Of a DNA stretch of 64,000 nt, positions 61,501 through 64,000 are shown piece after piece. Position 1 is the first letter of the stretch; each line of letters starts with the position of its first letter. The notes beneath the pieces are model-generated. The model saw only the letters and a list, made by a program, of their open reading frames with translations. It made no database searches and was not told where the DNA came from. Source of the DNA: Bispira polyomma (Eukaryota); assembly GCA_965649765.1 (NCBI GenBank), contig OZ287753.1, positions 19,220,001-19,284,000 on the forward strand, written 5' to 3'. The position numbers and the translations under genes were made by a program.

Positions 61501-63120
61501 GCAATCTCTCCAACGATGGTAAACTGCAAGTCATTCTCATCTCCACTATACGAGACAATTACATCACCAATGTATGTGTCTAAAAGTAAAGACACATATA
61601 CACAAACATATATAGAATTCTACTGTCAGTTTTGTAAGAAAATCTGTGTGTGTGTGTGGGGGGGGGGGGGGGGGCTTGGACAATGTTCCAGGGGGGGAGG
61701 GGGGGGGGCTGTTATTTAGGAATTAAAGAAGATAATGTTGATATGTGGGAGTTTAACCTTTAAGTTAAAAAGTAAAATTATAGTATGTATCAATATGTAT
61801 CATACAATTAAACTATCCACACAATATCTGGGTACTATCTATCTCTATGATATTATTATGCGTCATTCAAATTTTCTATTTTTTATCAATACTGTAATTA
61901 AATTCTACCCTGTTTAGTAGAAATTCTCCTGGTCTTTGAGATTTGGTATGAATGGGTTCAAGTGCATGTGAAAATAAAATACAGTTGAACCCCTTTAAGT
62001 CAAACCTCAACTGTTCTACTTCTACTTAACCAGGATTTCCACACTCAACGGGTAAAATTAGAAGAAAATATCTTATATTAAGTTAACAAGAGTTCTACTT
62101 AAGAGTCTAGTGACGTAAACACATAAAACGATCGCCGATAACCACGTTATGTGTGCTTGAGCTTCTCAGAAACTACACAACCTTTTCTTTGTGGCCTTAA
62201 ACCCATTTTATAGATAACATATTTACATTTTCATCAGTAGAAATAATAAAGAATGACTTATATTTTAATTATATACTAATTCATATATTTTAAGTATCAT
62301 TTTAATAGATATCTTGAGACATACAATACATATAGCAGTGTGTCATATTGTAACTAAAATGGGTAATATTTTCAAAGTACATGCTTCACTAACGTGACAC
62401 AATTCATATACCAACACGGGATCAATACTGAAGTATTGTACATGAATAGAAAAAGGAAAATATCAGCATTATTTTGAATGAATTTGTTTTTCAAGAAAAG
62501 CACAAAAACTAGATAATTTTAGAAAAACTTTAAGGTTACACTGCTGTAAATAGAAAGATACTTAGTTTTCTTTGTTTATACAAAATAAGGAGACATATTT
62601 AAAAATGTAATTCATTGAAAACAATATACACGTTTTTTAAAGTTGTGTAGCCTATATAATGTCTTCCTTTATGCTGGATCAATACTTGTATTATGTCACA
62701 ATAGAAGGGGCTCTCTGCGAGAAATGTTTACAAATATGACGTTCCACCATAGATTTCAAATTGTGTGACGTCACAATACAGGAATCGTTGAATGGGTGTT
62801 TTTATAGTTTTATAGCATAGTATTAACCTTTTAAATAGTTTGGATGTATAAAAATGGTTTAGAAACCATACTAAAGTGTACTTTACAGTCCTTATATTTG
62901 GTATACAGACTAGAAATGACTCTCGTAAAAATAGCATGCTTTATCCCCAGCCCGTTTATGTGTTTACGTTATTAAAGCCTTAAAGGGGTCGACTGTAAAC
63001 AAGCTCTGTTGTTTGATTTCAATAAGTATTGAAGGGTTCCCTTACCTACTGGTTCATTTTCATCAATGAAGTAGATATGGTTACTGCCTACAAATGTGGG
63101 TGGTAAGGTGTTGCAACTTC
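13068..63120 (-). CDS. Cad87A: Cad87A/cadherin-23-like non-classical cadherin (14 EC repeats, membrane-adjacent domain, TM, cytoplasmic tail); multi-exon, first coding exon outside window
   Basis: 34 exon positions join in frame to ~1930 aa; 13 DxND-type linkers, LDRE/LDYE and DxD motifs; cytoplasmic RKLKAATAMAFG, PGTNKHSYEGSNPIW, SLDEN and C-terminal ATEI resemble Cad87A/CDH23-type tails. Orthology not tested. Confidence 0.85.
16294..16356 (-). CDS. Cadherin cytoplasmic exon (SNPIWLEQYENGWPRETDTD)
   Basis: CAG / GTGGG, phase 2-2. Confidence 0.88.
18120..18300 (+). mobile_element. Non-autonomous Helentron/HINE-like element 3' part; related end at ~11950-12070
   Basis: (ACAA/ACAG)n microsatellite then AAAACAT..CCTTGGCRGARGTAA terminal hairpin, seen twice. 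Confidence 0.5.
20673..20739 (-). CDS. Cadherin cytoplasmic exon (SHDTGLNHVHGVPGTNKHSYE)
   Basis: CAG / GTAAG, phase 1-2. Confidence 0.9.
21245..21757 (-). mobile_element. 3' end of an L2-like LINE
   Basis: SITPVLKKLHWLPV...FRKKLKTHLY C-terminus, 3' stem-loop and AATAAA tail. Confidence 0.85.
23326..23366 (-). CDS. Cadherin juxtamembrane exon (YKRKLKAATAMAF)
   Basis: TAG / GTAAG, phase 2-1. Confidence 0.9.
24096..24387. mobile_element. MITE, Harbinger-like
   Basis: AGGGCCCTTACAGACCGCC / GGCGGTTTGTAAGACCCT imperfect TIRs, TA-rich flanks. Confidence 0.6.
25194..25336 (-). CDS. Alternative transmembrane exon B (PQSLAISTSAEVTRWSMSSSLYLMVAIVGLLIVIFVVTCVVYYKRQH)
   Basis: TAG / GTGAGT, 143 nt, phase 0-2, stop-free; hydrophobic helix followed by YYKR. 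Confidence 0.82.
27085..27212 (-). CDS. Transmembrane exon A (PAVVEVSESRVDKTILIGVIAVAVVLAVLIVVICVTAWTCRK)
   Basis: TAG / GTAAGT, 128 nt, phase 0-2; hydrophobic helix followed by basic residues. Confidence 0.88.
27514..27860 (-). mobile_element. Degenerate LINE 3' fragment
   Basis: SYYAASFWNSFPSYIT remnant typical of the LINE ORF2 C-terminus. Confidence 0.5.
28125..28191 (-). CDS. Cadherin exon (LIDKNYIYLEDLFKKYNVMEVL)
   Basis: TAG / GTATG, phase 2-0. Confidence 0.88.
28370..28724. repeat. Degenerate ~32-bp tandem repeat derived from an exon donor site
   Basis: ACTTACTCAA...CTGTTGACA...GGT units, degrading away from the exon. Confidence 0.7.
28720..28788 (-). CDS. Cadherin exon (TDMFIHGIDNKTGEVVPADVLI)
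   Basis: CAG / GTAAG, phase 2-2. Confidence 0.88.
29065..29240 (-). CDS. Cadherin exon, membrane-adjacent domain (IYFLNENQRV...PDAR)
   Basis: CAG / GTATA, phase 0-2. Confidence 0.9.
29709..29948 (-). CDS. Cadherin exon, EC14 (LYATDPDIG...TADVS)
   Basis: CAG / GTGAG, phase 0-0. Confidence 0.9.
30163..30402. mobile_element. MITE family D (GGGGCCGTATTCACAAAAG TIR, Harbinger-like); copy at ~44094-44303, relatives at ~30530 and ~63616-64000
   Basis: TIRs and shared internal sequence between copies. Confidence 0.75.
31018..31196 (-). CDS. Cadherin exon (YWEKEEN...DINDNPPKF...IDLS)
   Basis: CAG / GTAAG, phase 1-0. Confidence 0.9.
31790..31924 (-). CDS. Cadherin exon (GDVVYKSRF...IDRE...DCSS)
   Basis: CAG / GTAAT, phase 1-1. 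Confidence 0.9.
32195..32440. repeat. Tandem copies of an exon 3' end plus donor
   Basis: CACTTACCCACTATGTAATAACAGATCACTGAGTTATTTC, about 5 copies. Confidence 0.9.
32410..32641 (-). CDS. Cadherin exon (LQVRAYDLG...DENDHPP...YYIV)
   Basis: TAG / GTAAG, phase 0-1. Confidence 0.9.
32870..33398. repeat. 40-bp minisatellite (~13 copies) derived from an exon 3' end plus donor
   Basis: AATACACTCACATTGTAATACACCTGTTTTTGCCTCAGTT units. Confidence 0.92.
33374..33562 (-). CDS. Cadherin exon (HEEVG...IDREKQVYYN)
   Basis: CAG / GTGAG, phase 0-0. Confidence 0.9.
34395..34687 (-). CDS. Cadherin exon (SASDQDEG...DVNDHPP...VKE)
   Basis: CAG / GTATA, phase 1-0. Confidence 0.9.
35272..35500 (-). CDS. Cadherin exon (GEMTTTDALDRE...DVNDNAPQF...VIK)
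   Basis: CAG / GTATG, phase 0-1. Confidence 0.9.
36217..36329 (-). CDS. Cadherin exon (TSVTSVYATDRDSGEFG...DNQT)
   Basis: TAG / GTAAG, phase 1-0. Confidence 0.9.
36655..36812 (+). mobile_element. Partial copy of the SINE at 63195-63541
   Basis: Shares CTTGGACAAGGT, ACCCAGGTGTA.AA.TGGGTACCTG and TGGTTGACAAGTGGAAGAACCCAGG. Confidence 0.8.
36914..37170 (-). CDS. Cadherin exon (YYLIEDK...VDHE...DVNDNSPEW...NDTI)
   Basis: CAG / GTAGG, phase 2-1. Confidence 0.9.
38211..38367 (-). CDS. Cadherin exon (TLSITLRDVNDNPPEW...QPV)
   Basis: CAG / GTATG, phase 1-2; duplicated acceptor 120 nt upstream. Confidence 0.85.
38307..38526. repeat. 120-bp tandem duplication of acceptor plus exon 5' part
   Basis: Near-identical blocks 120 nt apart. 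Confidence 0.95.
38786..39000 (-). CDS. Cadherin exon (YRLLDD...LDRE...QNAT)
   Basis: CAG / GTGAG, phase 2-1. Confidence 0.9.
39662..39818 (-). CDS. Cadherin exon (ETVVHVNITDVNNKLPEF...NHLL)
   Basis: TAG / GTAGA, phase 1-2. Confidence 0.88.
39866..40741 (+). mobile_element. ~876-bp non-autonomous TTAA-specific DNA transposon (Kolobok-like), copy 1
   Basis: TTAA flanks, GG..CC termini, ~25-bp TIR GGCTTTAGTAACGTAAACACATAAA. Confidence 0.85.
41020..41640. repeat. ~22-bp minisatellite plus longer copies of an exon 3' end
   Basis: GTATACTGACCAGTTAGTGTTT units; GTGTTCCTCTATCTATGGCCAGTA exon copies near 41090 and 41255. Confidence 0.92.
41590..41811 (-). CDS. Cadherin exon (FQVETVHANDDD...LDRD...DRGTPPLT)
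   Basis: CAG / GTGAG, phase 1-1. Confidence 0.9.
42665..42971 (-). CDS. Cadherin exon (ATDRDLPP...LDYE...DENDEAP...NSAG)
   Basis: CAG / GTAAG, phase 0-1. Confidence 0.9.
43721..44047 (-). CDS. Cadherin exon (ATDKDTG...LDRE...DENDNAP...LVIE)
   Basis: TAG / GTGGG, phase 0-0. Confidence 0.9.
44830..44994 (-). CDS. Cadherin exon (VVARE...DVNDNWPEF...ITNIT)
   Basis: AAG / GTAAG, phase 0-0. Confidence 0.88.
45225..46101 (+). mobile_element. Kolobok-like element, copy 2
   Basis: Colinear with copy 1, TTAA flanks, TIRs. Confidence 0.85.
46162..46323 (-). CDS. Cadherin exon (GDNGKFEL...LDYEKVTQFNFD)
   Basis: TAG / GTAAG, phase 0-0. Confidence 0.9.
46740..46940 (-). CDS. Cadherin exon (TQEDTP...DVNDQTPSF...IDLDK), GC donor
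   Basis: CAG acceptor; AAG|GCATGT donor is needed to give DLDK-GDNG in frame. Confidence 0.85.
47580..47698 (-). CDS. Cadherin exon (LHQFFHINASTG...LDREDP...IGIL)
   Basis: CAG / GTACA, phase 1-0. Confidence 0.88.
48252..48330 (-). CDS. Cadherin exon (GTSVLQVSAMDGDRGVPNPVNYTFTS)
   Basis: CAG / GTAAC, phase 0-1. Confidence 0.9.
48847..48966 (-). CDS. Cadherin exon (DGGYLNSTT...DVQDTAPFF...ENATV)
   Basis: TAG / GTGAG, phase 0-0. Confidence 0.9.
49778..51295. repeat. 50-bp minisatellite, ~30 copies
   Basis: GCACATGTACAGTCAGTCAGGGGAATGACAGTTACTGGTGCTGGTTGGCT units. Confidence 0.97.
51642..51749 (-). CDS. Cadherin exon (TPQGLFVIDQ...VDYEKEKFYQLEITAI)
   Basis: CAG / GTAAG, phase 0-0. Confidence 0.9.
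52005..52482. repeat. 80-bp minisatellite, ~6 copies
   Basis: ACAGTATAAC recurs at 52171, 52251, 52331 and 52411. Confidence 0.95.
53734..53745 (-). CDS. Candidate 12-nt microexon (YPQK)
   Basis: ttttcacag TATCCGCAGAAG gtattt; >70-nt AG-free U-rich tract; phase 0-0. Confidence 0.55.
54446..54457 (-). CDS. Candidate 12-nt microexon (MKET)
   Basis: tgtgtag ATGAAAGAGACG gtaatt; ~60-nt AG-free U-rich upstream tract; phase 0-0. Confidence 0.5.
58070..58156 (-). CDS. Cadherin exon (DALIGTTVYQVNTFDPDSGAGGVVYYNIT)
   Basis: CAG / GTGAG, phase 0-0. Confidence 0.9.
59344..59487 (-). CDS. Cadherin exon (DVESY...DVNDNHPTF...IPE)
   Basis: CAG / GTGAG, phase 0-0. Confidence 0.9.
60652..60718 (-). ncRNA. 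Inverted hammerhead copy with core GAAA changed to CAAA (predicted inactive)
   Basis: Identical to the + copy within the inverted arms except at position 60686. Confidence 0.75.
60844..60910 (+). ncRNA. Type I hammerhead ribozyme, intact core
   Basis: GCCT-CTGATGA-GAATACCCATAGGAGTTC-GAAA-TATATTAA(CCAATA)TTAATATA-TA-AGGC: stems I-III and an AUA cleavage triplet. Confidence 0.85.
61422..61579 (-). CDS. Cadherin exon (DTYIGDV...IIYDKE)
   Basis: TAG / GTGAG, phase 1-0. Confidence 0.85.
62103..62979 (-). mobile_element. Kolobok-like element, copy 3, nested in a family-A MITE
   Basis: Reverse complement of copy 1; TTAA at 62099-62102 and 62980-62983. Confidence 0.85.
63046..63120 (-). CDS. Cadherin exon, start of EC1 (SCNTLPPTFVGSNHIYFIDENEPV)
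   Basis: CAG acceptor, GTAAG donor, phase 1-1. Confidence 0.8.
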
Positions 63121-63194
63121 CTGTGGATTAAAGAAGAAAGACATGTACTTTGTCACATAGCATATATTTCTACAGAATCTATACAGCTACTCTT

Positions 63195-63541
63195 ATAATT
63201 ATAATAATTATCATTTAATATAGCGCAGTTATGAATATCATTTTTATCTAATGCGCTTTGACATTATTACCCCAACCTGGGTTCTTCCACTTGTCAACCA
63301 GTTGTTCGGTTTCAGCTTCCGCAGGAAGTATACTAACCATTCTGCTGCATACACAGCACAAAGATTAACACCCATCAGACGCCAGGTACCCACTTGTACA
63401 CCTGGGTAGTGAGGGACAACTTTGTGTAAAGCACCTTGTCCAAGGGTACAGTCACCAGGACAGCAGCAAGGATCGAACCGGGACCCTGAGATTTTTCAGA
63501 TCCAAAGGCCGACACTCTAACCACTAGGTCACAGAGACCGC
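63195..63541 (-). mobile_element. tRNA-derived SINE, full length
   Basis: A box TGACCTAGTGG, B box GGTTCGATCC, CORE/Deu-like central block, L2-like tail (AAAGCGC...GCGCTATATTAAAT) and AT-rich end. Confidence 0.85.
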
Positions 63542-64000
63542 ACTACTCTTATTACCTAAACCCAGAAAAGAATTTTTGGGTAAAGGTTATAACCCTATAG
63601 TCAAAGGTTAGACTGGGGCCCATATTTATCAGAGGTCTCAAACTTAAGCTCATGTTATTCTCAAAATTACCCTGTTAATATCTTTGTGTACAAGGAAGGT
63701 GACTAAAATCTGACTGTTTATTTGAGTTCCTCGCTGAGAGCTCTATTAAAATGAATGGTAACAAGTGTAGGTAATTCCTATTGAGATTGAAATCTATAAT
63801 GTGGTATTTGATTTTAAGCAGAAGTTTAAGATTAAAACTTTTTGACAAATATGGATCCAGGGGCCGTATTCACTAAAGTTCTTATACTTAGAATAAGAAT
63901 TTTTGGTATTCCTTAAAGTTCTTACACTTAGAATAATTCTTATACTTGGAATTATTCTTAGAAAAATTATTATACTTAGAATTCTTGCTTATTCTTAGAA

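Noticed and set aside
61659-61710. Poly-G runs (also 49124-49150) as G-quadruplex elements
   Set aside because: Simple homopolymers; the transcribed strand carries C runs; no support for function.
63460-63541. tRNA-like sequence with A and B boxes
   Set aside because: No proper cloverleaf; it is the head of a SINE.

Overview
AT-rich eukaryotic genomic DNA; repeat types and gene structure suggest a lophotrochozoan-type invertebrate (inference). Two main occupants, both on the minus strand. (1) 1..~6830: a tyrosine-recombinase (DIRS/Ngaro-type) retrotransposon with gag, RT-RNaseH (one premature stop, one frameshift) and YR. (2) 13068..63120: nearly the whole coding region of a Cad87A/cadherin-23-like cadherin, assembled by hand from 34 exon positions with matching phases (~1930 aa: 14 EC repeats, membrane-adjacent domain, TM, tail ending in PDZ-binding ATEI); the signal-peptide exon lies beyond the window. 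Notable observations: two phase-matched, mutually exclusive transmembrane exons; three candidate 6-12 nt microexons in EC2; one GC-AG intron; tandem duplications seeded at splice junctions of eight exons; a TSD-flanked Penelope-like insert with an inverted pair of type I hammerhead ribozymes, where only the host-sense copy has a core mutation; and a possible phase-compatible splice joining gag to YR. Introns also hold MITEs (Kolobok-like, Tc1/mariner-like, Harbinger-like), SINE/LINE fragments and minisatellites. All coordinates were read by eye; no database searches were run.
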